From Basidiobolus meristosporus CBS 931.73 (lineage: Eukaryota; Fungi; Basidiobolomycota): 64,000 nt of DNA. Position numbers and translations under genes: made by a program. The notes beneath the pieces were generated by a model. It was not told where the DNA came from. It saw only the letters and a program-made list of their open reading frames with translations, and searched no databases. The stretch covers positions 124,001 through 188,000 of the forward strand of contig MCFE01000039.1 of the NCBI GenBank assembly GCA_002104905.1, given 5' to 3'. Positions 49,196 through 60,753 of this stretch are shown in pieces. Position 1 is the stretch's first letter. Every line of letters begins with the position of its first letter.

Positions 49196-50268
49196 ATGAC
49201 GAACTCCAAAGATAAATTTTACATGATTCGCGCATCCCTATTACGAAAATCCGATCAGGAGGTATGGCGCGCCGTTCTTGTCCCTAGCTCCTTCTCCTTG
49301 CTTCAGTTCCATGTCGTACTCCAAGATCTCTTTGGCTGGAAGGAAACAAGCGGGTCATTCCACTACTTTAGTCACGGGAAGATGGAACACAAGGTGTATC
49401 TTGAAGAAGAGATCTTTTACCAACATCGCAATTTCCACGACTGCCCAGAGATTGTTTATCAAACTATATATCCGGAAGAGTGCGATGGTTGGGTAAAGCG
49501 AATAGGACCAGGCCTTTACATCGGTATGACTGCTGGGCTGGTTTGTTGTCTTGATATGTTTAGTAAACATCTTTGCTTGTCTTGTAGAGCATACACATCC
49601 TCACGATCCAGCCCCTTTATTTACCGTAAACCACGAACTAGCCGTTACAAACGACGAACTGACTACACGAATTCTCCGCGACGAGAGACTGTACAAAATA
49701 CATCACGTCTTTGATCTGTTCCCGCATCTTTTTTACGAGTTTGATCATGGTTTGGACTCAGTTCCTAGCTTCCGCCTGTTGCTTTCTTTTGAAGAAACCA
49801 TTATCTCTGCCCCGGACGACTTCTCCACAGACTACTCTCTTTTCCCAGTCATCATAGATGGGCAAGGGGAGTGCGCTTTGCCTTTTGAAAAGCAAGAGGT
49901 TTTTCAACTGAATTCAATGCAAAAGCGTCTGAATTGCTCCCACACAGAGTATAAGCAGGGTGATGTCAACAAGTGCTATTTGTGCCACCGATTTTGAATT
50001 TGATTGCCCAAAATCCAATAGTAAGTGTGCTCAGCACTCTTCAGAAACCTGTTGCGCTTATTGTATCTGCAACCCTGATGTAAAAGATAGCGAGCCCTAC
50101 GAACATAATCTCAGTATGCTGGCTTGGGAGCAAGGCCTTATTGCATTGAACGCCGAAAGGGCGAAGTTCTTAGAGGCGATGACCAATGGAGATGCATTTC
50201 AATGTCACTGGATCGAAAACGATGGAGGTTCATGCGGCTTTTGCCATAATATTGGCATGAACTGTTAG
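49196..50268 (+). CDS. pRiA4b ORF-3 (MM3350-like) domain protein with Cys-rich C-terminus
   Basis: FYMIRASLLRKSDQEVWRAVLVPSSFSLLQFHVVLQDLFGW matches the pRiA4b ORF3 N-terminal motif. Intron 49524..49587 is in frame. FYEFDHG and PVIIDGQGECALP correspond to YEYDFGD and PRC..G...CPPE. The junction near 49949-50021 needs a second intron or an indel. Confidence 0.65.
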
Positions 50269-50601
50269 AAGCGAATTTTTTATTTATATTTCCTCAATAA
50301 ACATTACAGCAGATCTATTGCATTCCCTTATGCTATATTCTCTCGATGCTACGCTATATTTCCTCGATGCGTATTACAGGCTCTACTTAATATTGCTTCG
50401 TTAGGCATTGCATTATTACATCAACCAACGCACCTGGATTACGGGATGAGATTATGCATGCCTACTCTAATGCAGGGCAGTCCAGTGGAGATGTACTCTG
50501 CTGCAGCCGACCTTCTGAGATGGTGAGCAATTTGACCGTTAGCTCGGCTTGATCCCTTAACTATAAATTCAGCCTGAGCTAAGCCTGATCCCTCGTCCGC
50601 A

Positions 50602-51740
50602 ATGCTTCAATCCATCTTTCGAAAAAAGTCACCGCAATCCGCCAAAACGCCGATCCGGTCCGCGGTGCCATCTATCACCCAAGATACAGGAGTCCAACGT
50701 AAGTAACCCCTCGTTTCGGGCCGTTACCTAATGGAGTAAATACTGATTTCGATCAGCCGTACCCTTGGGCCAAAGTCAGGGCGAACATAAACGGGCAGAC
50801 GAGCTCCTGCGTAGAAACCAAGGTTGGGCTGATCAAGTGGTGGTCCAGCAGCCGACGATCTTTGAAGAATGTGCCAAGGGTCAACAGCCAAAGATTCTTT
50901 GGATCGGTACTTGATGCTATTTACATACGTATGGCCTGACAAACGCTAACATTTGGTTGAAGGATGCGCTGACTCACGTGTCCCTCCTGAGCAGATCGTC
51001 TCTTGTGGTGAGCAGTCCACAGTTGCACTAGAAATCGGTCGACAGCACTAAAGTATTTTGTTAGCACCTGGAGACATATTTGTTCATCGAAACATCGCCA
51101 ATGTGTGCATCTTCTCGGACTTGAATTCCCTTTCGGTGGTTCAATACGCGGTAGAGGTATTGAAGGTGGAAGAGATCATTGTTTGTGGTAAGATGCCCCT
51201 TTACTATGCTTGTTCAAGGCGTTGGATTCCTAAACGGCATATAGGGCATTACGGGTGTGGCGGAGTTAAAGCAGCCATGGGGAACCAGAGCTATGGCATG
51301 ATTGATAACTGGCTCAGCAACATCAAATCCGTTTATCATAGTAAGTGGCATTCAATTGATCATCCCAAGCATCGCCCACTCAATCAACTTTACTCATTCA
51401 GGTAAAAGAAGAACCCTAGACAGTAAGCTTTGTATTTTCCCTTTTCCTTAGGGCATATCTAATCAGTCATTCTCCAGAGCTGGAGCAATCGGAGCAAGAG
51501 AACCTGATGGTGGAGCTGAACGTGGCCAATAGTGTCAATGTACTCTGCCAAACTCCAATTTTGCAAAATGCTTGGGCCCAAGGCCAGCCCATCACGGTTC
51601 ATGGCTGGAGTTACAGCTTTGAGAATGGAAGAATCTACGATTTAAACATTCAAATCGCGTCACCTAACGATATAGAAAAAGTAAACCAAGAATCCCTCCT
51701 GAACAAAGCTCGCAGTGTAAAGTCAAAGAGCCGAGTATAA
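50602..51740 (+). CDS. NCE103: Beta-class carbonic anhydrase, multi-exon
   Basis: [69 protein letters not shown] and VHGWSY. Confidence 0.95.
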
Positions 51741-51815
51741 TTTCCAAGACAGACGGATGAATACCGATATGATCTTAATAAATTTGTTTATTAGAAATTA
51801 GTTCGTTTCTGTTGG

Positions 51816-52580
51816 TCACTTGCGTTTGGAGTAGATCATAGCAGTAAATGGTCTGTTTGGTTGGAGTTGTTAGTAATCGATCTCACATTGGGTGGTAACT
51901 ATGTAGCTCAACTTACTCTTCAAACTTGAGTGCAACGTTATAAGTTATATATACAACGGCAGTGAGCAGGATTCCTGCTGGGACTCCATACCTAAGTGGC
52001 ATACTTTGTTAATATACAATCAATGTAGTATATAGGGGTATCTAAGATCAACTAACCATAATGCTGAAGCTAGGAAGATCATGGTTGAGCCATGATACAT
52101 TGGGTTATTTGACACATTGAAGGGGAATCCAGTGACCCTTTGGCTCATCAAAATCCCAAAGTAATCCCCTGATAGATTGCAATGCATTAGAGAAGAGCTA
52201 AGAGCACATAACGAAGCGCAACAATACAAACCCAAGTAGGTGCCCGTAACACCAAGAGTGTACATGGAAGTGAGAACAAGAACATTTCCGCAAACAAACA
52301 AACCAGCTGCCAAGAGCTTGACCAAATCGGTCTGTAGGAGGGGATGGACTGGTTGCTCACTCAAGGCTTGAGAATAAAGGTAATCACGGAAGATCCCAAG
52401 AGAGAATATGGTCAACGCAAGACCATAGCAGCCTCTGTAGGGATTACCACCAGCAAGCTTCGTCAACAGCTTGGAATGGTATTCTTGACGGGCTACAACA
52501 TTCCAGAAGGTGGGGTTAAAAAAGATGGATGCCAACGCGTACCAGAAGCTTGCTTTCTCAAAATCGACCAACTTCAGCAT
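51816..52580 (-). CDS. OPI3: Phospholipid (PME) N-methyltransferase, multi-exon
   Basis: FNPTFWNVVARQEY, GCYGLALTIFSLGIFRD, LGVTGTYLGDYFGILM, VTGFPFNVSNNPMYHGST and EEPFTAMIY. Confidence 0.96.
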
Positions 52581-53069
52581 CCTAAATTCTATGTGATACC
52601 GGGGAAGAGGAATAGCGATGTTGTATTGATACTTGCGGTTCATTTATACATGTTTTGCTTCCGCTCTGAGAGCTGAAGATATTGATCAATATGGATGCCA
52701 ACAGCTCTCGTCAATTGAAGATCAGTTAGCACTCGTGTGACACTGAGGCCCAATCAGTCACGAACACTTCGATAGTATTACACCTTCGACAGATATGGAT
52801 AGTTTGTAATATTTCTTAGACACAGCCAACTAGTCACTCATCCATTGGCCACTCTTTCCCCGGCCCCTCATTTCTGACTACACCAACTGATATGGCCTAT
52901 GAGTAAAGTCCCGCCACGTGTACAAAGTAACTTTCACATTCACAAACTAGATGATAATGACGTCGCACCATCTCACATATGTGCTCGATAGTGCGGTATG
53001 TTTATAAACGTTGAAAGCCATCTATAGGGTCTAGCGGATGCAGATGGAGTAGGTGAAATGGTTGAATAC

Positions 53070-54899
53070 CTATGAATCAGTGCTGGTGCGGGAAATATAT
53101 TCCTCGAGGGTGCAAGTTTGCTGTTCGCGCAAGTCTGTATTCCGCACCGTAACCTGGTTGTTTTGGAATTCATGCTCCCCGATGAAGACCACTTGGCGAG
53201 CGTTGGATTTGAGTGCCTTTGTCAGGGCTTTGCTCACCGGTTGCAATATATCGGAGTTGGGGTGAATTAACAAAACCTTTTCCCCACGGCCCCTAAGTAA
53301 TCCTGCAACATGATGGGCATAGTAAGCAAGTTCTGAAACGGTAGCTTGAGGTGCAACTGAAGAATCTCCTGCTTCTGATCTCGCCAAGACAATAGCTATA
53401 GGTCGCTTTTCTTGCTCCAAGAGCGAATCTTCCAATAGGAGCGAGAGCCTCTCTATACCAGCAGCCCACCTAACCATGTGGACTGAATAAAGTTGATTTG
53501 ATAATGATTGGAAGTCTTACAAGTTACCCTATACCGGGAACGTTCTTTGGTCCCCCCATTTTCTCCACCAAGTTATCGTATCTTCCACCAGCCAGGATTG
53601 TGCCTTGCGAAGTGCCTAGCTTTTCGTTGGAGCACTTGAACTCCCATACAGTATGGTCGTAGTAATCCAACCCACGGACTAGCTGGGGATTGAGCTTGAA
53701 TGGAATGTTTAGTTGTTTCAGGCCGGAACAAATGAACTCGAAGCGCTTGTTGGACTCCTCGTTGAGATAGTTAAGGATCTGAGGAGAAGAATTGACCACT
53801 TCGATATCTCCAGGGTCTTTGGAATCAAGAACACGAAGAGGGTTGTTCTCGAGCCTAGTGAATGAAGAGATCAGCACTGGTCATTCTACTCGAATCTATC
53901 GACAATACACTTACCTGCGCACGCTATCGGAAGACAATTTCTCGACATTTTCTCGGAGATAAGAAGTGAGAACTTCGCGATATTTGATGCGTGAGGCCAC
54001 GTCGCCCAGGGAGTTGATGTGAATCTAAGCCAATACTTAAGGTGGTGCATTTTTGGCATAATTCTAGTGAGAAGGAAAGCTCACCTCGACATTTTTGTCT
54101 AGTCCAAGCTTCGACAAAAATCTCCAGCCCATCTCGATTACCTCGATATCAGAGGATGGGTGACCAAACCCGAAATACTCGGTACCAAATTGCTCGAACT
54201 ACATCTAGTGTGAATATGTGTTTCTCGTTGTTCAAACCCCGAGCTTACCTGTCTAAGTCGACCCTTCTGAGGCCTTTCGTGCCGAAACATTGGCCCGTAG
54301 TAGTAGAGTTTTTGGGAGGTAGAGTGTGCCAGGCCGTTACTTATCACAGCTCGACAGATACCTTGCCAAATGATCGGAATCGTGTTACGGGGAGTTCAGT
54401 GTATTGCGACCTGGAAGTCTTACCTGCAGTTCCTTCAGGACGCATGACAAGCATGGAATCATTTCTATCTTTGAAGCTGTACAATTCTTTGTTAACAATA
54501 TCCGATTCTTCTCCCAGTGTTCTGTCGAATACGTTCAAAAATTCCAGGATTGGGGTTGAAATCTGTCAATGCAAGCTTCAGTATACGGCTGCGCTGAGCT
54601 ACCAGGCCTACAATTCAAACCTCTTGACAGCCGTATAGCTCGGATACAGAGGAACCAATTTGGCAAATGTGCCTGAATTTTTGACTTTCCAGCCCATACC
54701 GATCATGCATGCCACGTACAGGTCGTAACACTTCTTTCTTGACTTTTCACAAGTTAAAACGTGATGCTTGGTAACGTATGGTATTAGAAGCGACTTGAGT
54801 ACCTTTGGAGGAGTAGCATCTTAGTAAGTGGGAGCGGGCAACAAAGTGCTGTCCCGTTCCACGCAATAGAAAACTCGAGGGAATACCAAGCGGAGTCAT
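53070..54899 (-). CDS. hisS: Histidine-tRNA ligase, bacterial (HisS) type with mitochondrial presequence, multi-exon
   Basis: Presequence [14 protein letters not shown]...LRCYSS. Motifs [81 protein letters not shown] and GIERL. Confidence 0.92.
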
Positions 54900-55140
54900 T
54901 TCTCAACTGCTTGCCGCTATTCTTGGACTATAGTCTAACAAAGACTGTTCATTTGCACTGCACTTTCGATTAAAAATTTCGCATTCACCAGACACCATGG
55001 TATCGATCATCCCAATCATGCAACTACATTGATTTACCATCCCATATATTTTGAGGATTCCTAGATGACTAGCATTTTCTGATTAATATTCGTGCAATAG
55101 CTTACCTTTATTTAAGACTGTTGGGCAACATAGCTTCATA

Positions 55141-58100
55141 ATGACTTCACCACTGACACGGGACGGATGTGAAGTTCTAAGACAACAAGCTCTCGAAAGG
55201 CTCGAGGATTTGACAGAGAATGGAGCTGGCCAACGCGCATCTAATGAACCTGCAACAAACATTCGGCTGCAAGTTATGAGGCTTTTGCGATGTAAGGATA
55301 GTCTGCGATCTTCGTAAAAGACATTTGGCCGGGCCTAAAAAGACAGATTGTTGACTTGTTGCACTTCGTAGATACAATCGATGTTCGCGCTAGATCGTTC
55401 TTCGAGAACGTTGCTCAAATAGAAGATTCAGTCGTAGATATTTTTGATATGGTAGTAAGCGACGCAGCGCACAAGGTGAATTTCGAGGCTGCCTTCTTGA
55501 GAGAGTAAAATATATTAATATGAAGACCATTCATAGCTCAAGGTAGTCCTGTCACCCGAGCTGAATTACTTGATTTACCAAGGCCTGATTTGCGAAAAGG
55601 CAGTTATTGAGGTACATCTCCCTTTCAGAACGCGTCCGTTCCATCGTAGTCGTTTACATATACTTCACTACAGATCCAGGACTGCACGTTAAGATTCCGG
55701 GAGACAGACCTGAGTGCAACTGAAATCATCATTTTGACGAAAGTTAACATATTGGACTACCAAGTATCAAAGTATTATAAGAAAAAGGGCCGCGAGGTTT
55801 GGTTCCTTTTCTAGTGTTGTAAATATCGGATCAATAATGAACGCACTTCAATTCCGCGATATGTAGGATATCAAGTATCTGGTGGAGGCCAGCAATGAGT
55901 TTCTACCGCTCACCAGTCGCCGTTGCTCGTATCTTACCCCTCTGGGTGACGATGATTTTTTGCGTGATGACCACCGTTGGGTTAAGCAAGATCTAAGCAT
56001 GAACAACGTACGCCTATCCTTTGCCATGTTCCAATTCGCCCGGCTCATTGCTATTTACAGGATTTTAGACTGGACCATGCCGGCGTATCTCTTGCTGACA
56101 TCTTGAAGGGTTTGGAAAAGAGCTACACATACCGACCCCCAATTGTTGGGAGGATCATGAAGAAGTCAACAGTGGCGTATTATGGCAAACCCGAGGATGT
56201 CAAGGCGAGTTACCCATTCCAGTTCACCATCAGCATAGGTAAGTTGGGCTGGATATCTTTTGGTCGCTTTTGAATCCTCACCTCTTGCTCTTCTGCTGCA
56301 GCTGATGATACGGCAAGTGTGTCAGTCGTGTTCTGGAATTCGTCATGTCTCAAGTATTACCAGTCGTTGGCAGTCAACCAGATTGTTCAGATCACCGGAT
56401 ACAAAGTGCGCCGTGCCTACGAAGGGAACGCATCAAAGATCGAATTGTCAATCAACCCGAAGAATCCCACTGGAGTAATCGAATCTCTTCAAGGTAACCA
56501 TTGGGCATCAACTTCAGTGGGTCAACAGGCTGTGCTGAACTTTTTGGATCTGTAGACAATAATTTTGAAGGATGGTCTCAGGAAGAGATCTTCTCTCGCT
56601 ACCCTCTGCAAATCCCAAACATCCTAAGCTTCAGCACTCTGCCACAGCTTCCTGACGAAGCGGAGGTAGATATCGTCGGGTGTGTTGTATATGTCGGTCG
56701 ACTAGAAGCCGAGAAGAGAACACCACATGGGTACTTGACGTGAATACATTGGGTATTGGTGCGTTTAAACTAATGCTTCGCGTTGACTCAGGTATTCGGA
56801 GTTTAGATGGATAAAGCTGCTCGATCGAACCGAAAATCAGGAGGTTATTTTAAAGATGTATGCCTGCTCACAATTAAAAGCACTCCAGAGGTTAGTTTCC
56901 GTACGCCCTTCATCGCTCGCTTCTTTTCTTAATCTATAGCTACTCGAATTAGGGTGGAAGTCGGCAGTGTGCTACTGTGTACCCATGCTCACATCAGCAG
57001 CATCACATTAAATTCGGTTACCCCTCGCACCACCTATGCTACGTCTTCATGGTATTCGGAATACAAACTTATCAAGCCTGGTAAACCCTTACCACCTCAC
57101 TTGGACCAGGTTGGCGTCGGCATTGATCAAATATCTGTTATTACTTTAATAATCTCCCCTCTTGTACTAGTATGCTCCCAGAATTTCTGCCAAACTTGTT
57201 CATAATTTTGCATCCAGTAGGTTCCATTTGCGCACGTATATATGGGAACTAGGAATTAATTTACATTGGCTAGGTGGTGGCTATTTCTCTCTACCGACGC
57301 CATTCTCTACCGTTAGGGATTTGCAGCTGTTCGATGCAGACTTCGAATTGACTCCTTTCAAGTAAATTTCCTGTCCCTACCATCAAGTGCTTCATGTTTT
57401 TACAACGGTTCTCGTTCATACTAGCGAAGTGGAAACTTTCTTTGATAGACTGGCTCAACGCGAGCGAATCCAAATCGTGTGCCAGGGCTTCGTACATGGA
57501 ATTCACCTAAGGCCAAACAAAAGAAGGCATGAAGGAGAGACTATGGATCCAAACATACCCGAATTCTCCGACAAATTACCAGTCTCATATGTAAGCTACA
57601 AGCAGCGATTCCTTGATTGTTACTCAATATATATAATATTTCTTTCTTTCCCGTCTCAGAGGCTACAAAATACTTCAATAGATACAGAGGACCCTATAGA
57701 AGGGGCGCTGACTATTAGCTTGGACTTGATCAGCATTAACCGAGATATTACGCTAACGCCATTAATTCTTCCAAACTGTGCAGAGTTTCAAACTGGCAAG
57801 AATCTCCATAGCGTAAATATTCTGGCTCTATTCTATAAAAGGAACGCCACCTTTCCACTGCTAATATACTGGTTTTCAGCAGGATTCCATGTCCTTGTGG
57901 ACCTGGCGTACTTTCTTGACTCTATTTCAGCCTTTTCTACCGAGGGGAGTTTTCAAAGCAGAGCCCCCAGTTGATCGAACTTCGCCTTCAGCAGGTAAAA
58001 TGGAATGTTTCGAAAGGGCGGGATATCGTTGCGTGATAGTAACCACCTTCCTCGTTTAGGAGCTCTTGAAAGTATTACATAACCAGCGTCTGGTTTTCGT

Positions 58101-58173
58101 GCTGGACCTGATACGGTACAGGCCGGAGGAAATTCACTTGATACTCTCCAAGGTCGTCCAAATCACTAGTTAA
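55141..58173 (+). CDS. RADX: RADX (RPA-related RAD51 antagonist)-like multi-OB-fold ssDNA-binding protein, multi-exon
   Basis: Ordered motifs: FDMVVSD, LPLTSRRCSYLTPLGDDD, PPIVGRIMKKSTVAYYGKP, ADDTASVSVVFWNSSCLKYYQSLAVNQIVQITGYKV, IELSINPKNP, VDIVGCVVYVGR, FRWIKLLDRT, KMYACSQ, LLCTH and terminal RLVFVLDL...IHLILSKV*. They are collinear with human RADX as recalled. Splicing near 57813-57994 is unresolved. Confidence 0.8.
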
Positions 58174-58661
58174 TCAGCAAAACCATTGCTTAGAAACTTG
58201 TTTAGAAAAGCATCAATGATCTTTTTAAGGAATTTTAAGCGCAATGCTCATGGCGTACTATAAGCCAATTAAGATAAACGCATTTCAATTGGATTCAGAG
58301 ACAAAGCACTTATGAAAATAAACTGGGCCAAACCTGATGAAATTGCATTAATGCACACGGAATCATGGTTAACGTTTCACAAGAGGCGGTGCCAATGTGC
58401 TTAACTTAAATTGAATTCATTTCTGCATGTTTGGGATGAACGATGAAACATGAAGTCATCTGTTAAGTGCCATTTGACATGTAAACGTAACTTTTCTATA
58501 CTTAGCGCTTTTGCCATGAAGGCGGACGCCATTGGCCAACTGGCTCATTGCATTCCTCCATACAAATGTCATGTGCGTATTATTTCATGATTAGCTTTCC
58601 CAGGAGAATAGGGAACTAAATATAGTGACTTGCTTTATGAATTGGATCTCTACATAAACCC

Positions 58662-58731
58662 AGTCACAATACTCTCAACATTGATGGAAATATATAAGTC
58701 ACAATATTCCCAACATTGATAGAGATATATA
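58662..58731. repeat. 35-bp tandem duplication containing a TATA-like element
   Basis: AGTCACAATACTCTCAACATTGATGGAAATATATA and AGTCACAATATTCCCAACATTGATAGAGATATATA are 31/35 identical, and all four differences are transitions. Confidence 0.85.
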
Positions 58732-59013
58732 AGCCGCCAATGGCACATCCTTCTTGCCCATTCAGACAGCTAAAAAACTCCCGATCGCCAATTGTTTCAA
58801 TAGGAAGCTTATCAATCGCCTGAGCACTCTTATCTCCCCCTCTATCTTTTCACCGTTCTTATCACTCGAACGTTTCTGTTCCGATTGTCGTGTGTTGGGC
58901 GTTAGAGTACGATACTTGGATTATAAATTCTCTGCCACTAGACTTGACAGCTCTTATTTTTTGAAGTCATTTTCCGCGAACTGGTTTCCTTGCATACTCT
59001 CCATCTATAGATC

Positions 59014-60609
59014 ATGTCCCGCATGCTTGCGTCGCATTTCCTCTCCTACTGCAAAAGTGCTGTAAAAAGATCCATTCCAGTAGCCTCCTTGCCAGTCAGA
59101 CCGCAGTTAAACCCTCGGGCACTCGGAAGTGTGTGGCCACTCGGTTCCATGATCAAAAGAGGTCATTACACAGAACACGACATCTCTACCCCGATAACGT
59201 CGAGTTCTGAAAACACTTGCAAAATCCTACCCAAGTAAGCCTATCACACTTTGTTGTGTGTTGCCAAAGAGTAATACTGATCCAGCCTCAACGGTTGTCA
59301 ATAGAACAGCACGGGAGACATTTGATGAGGCTTGGTCACATATAGAAGGAGAGTACGGAAAGCAGAACCTTAGGTACTGTACTATCGACCGAATCGGGAA
59401 TATTCCCCTCCATGTCGATACTGATCTTTCCTTATAGATATCCCACAGACATCATATGGCTAATGGGTAATGTAGATTTGTATTGCTGGCATACCCAAGT
59501 TACCCGAACCAATCGTGGGAATTTTGTATAGGTGCACCAGGGGCTGGCAAAGGCGCCAACACACCATGCATTCTAAAAGCCAGAAAGATCACCAATCCAT
59601 CCATTTGCATGAGCTCGCTTCTGACATCGCCTGAAATGAAGAAGCTGATGGATCAGGGAAAGATGATCGGTACTTGTGCTACTTCTTCCAATCCACCCAT
59701 CCACCGCTAAATCGTCTACTTCCCAGAGGATTCGCAAGTCTTGGAGCTGATGTTCCGCGCATTGCTAGATAGGGATTCTAACGTTGGGGTTTTGATCGAT
59801 GGGTTCCCTCGAACAGAAACACAAGTGTCGTGCTTGAAGTATTTTTATGACAAGCTGGTGGAACTTCACGAACAGTTCAAGTACACGCCGTTGGCGAATC
59901 GGTTCAGGTATGCAAAACTTGCTCGTATCAGGCATGGTGCCGCCGGGTTAATGAGTTGATGGAATGTAGAATGCCCAGTTTCAGTATAGCTGTCCTCTAT
60001 GTCGACGAAGAGATCAGTATAGCACGCCAGCTGAAGCGTGGTAAACAGATTCGAGAGCATAACGAAAAGGTAAGATACGTGGTATAGATCCCGTGTGACG
60101 GCTATCTTACCATCAGATTCCGTAGGTGAGAAAAACTGGAGTGGGCCAGCTGTTGGAGGAGCGTGCTACCGATTTCGATGAGGAGGTGAGTCCCGGTCTC
60201 TCGATATAATCGGTCAATACTAATCGCTTATGGACCACCAGATCGTCCGCAAGCGCTATCAAGTGTTCACCCAACATTACAGCGCTTTGATGGAGCTTGG
60301 TAAGTGACAGCACGCGGCCCAACCGCTTCTGATCATTAACTCGTCGGCATCCTAGGCAAATACTTTCCATTTCATTTGGTCAATGCCTCCTCCACGTTGG
60401 AAGATGTGACTCGTCAGTTTAATGCCCTGCTAGGTAATTCCCTCCAAGTGATATCAAACGTTGTAACAAGCAAACTCACAATGCATCAACCAGATCCAAC
60501 CAGTATATCAGATCAAAATGCTGACATCAACACATCCCCATTTAAACCAACAATGAAGGAGCATCCAGGCACCCAACATAAACCATACAACCTGGAATCC
60601 CATCAATAG
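59014..60609 (+). CDS. Atypical adenylate kinase family protein with mitochondrial presequence, many short exons
   Basis: YPTDIIWLMGAPGAGKGANT (P-loop), GVLIDGFPRTETQV, LYVDEEISIARQLKRG, EERATDFDEE, RKRYQVF and FPFHLVNA. The 3' end is uncertain. Confidence 0.85.
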
Positions 60610-60753
60610 CACCACTAATCTTAACCATATAGCTCATTGGTGTCAAACGATCATCCCTTCATATATCTACGAAACACCACTGGATCAGAATAAAAGAGTA
60701 AAAAACTGGTCTTTTCACAGCAAGTGGTCGTTTATTTGCAAATGGCTGGAATG

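Noticed and set aside
49949-50021. Apparent +1 frameshift at a TTTT run in the pRiA4b-domain gene
   Set aside because: A 73-nt GTATAA...CAATAG intron restores the frame equally well, so pseudogenisation is not supported without RNA data.
57813-57994. Frame inconsistency before the last RADX-like exon, and a similar one at the F-box start (about 9340), as programmed frameshifting
   Set aside because: There is no slippery heptamer or stimulatory structure I can support. An assembly indel or unrecognised splicing is more likely.
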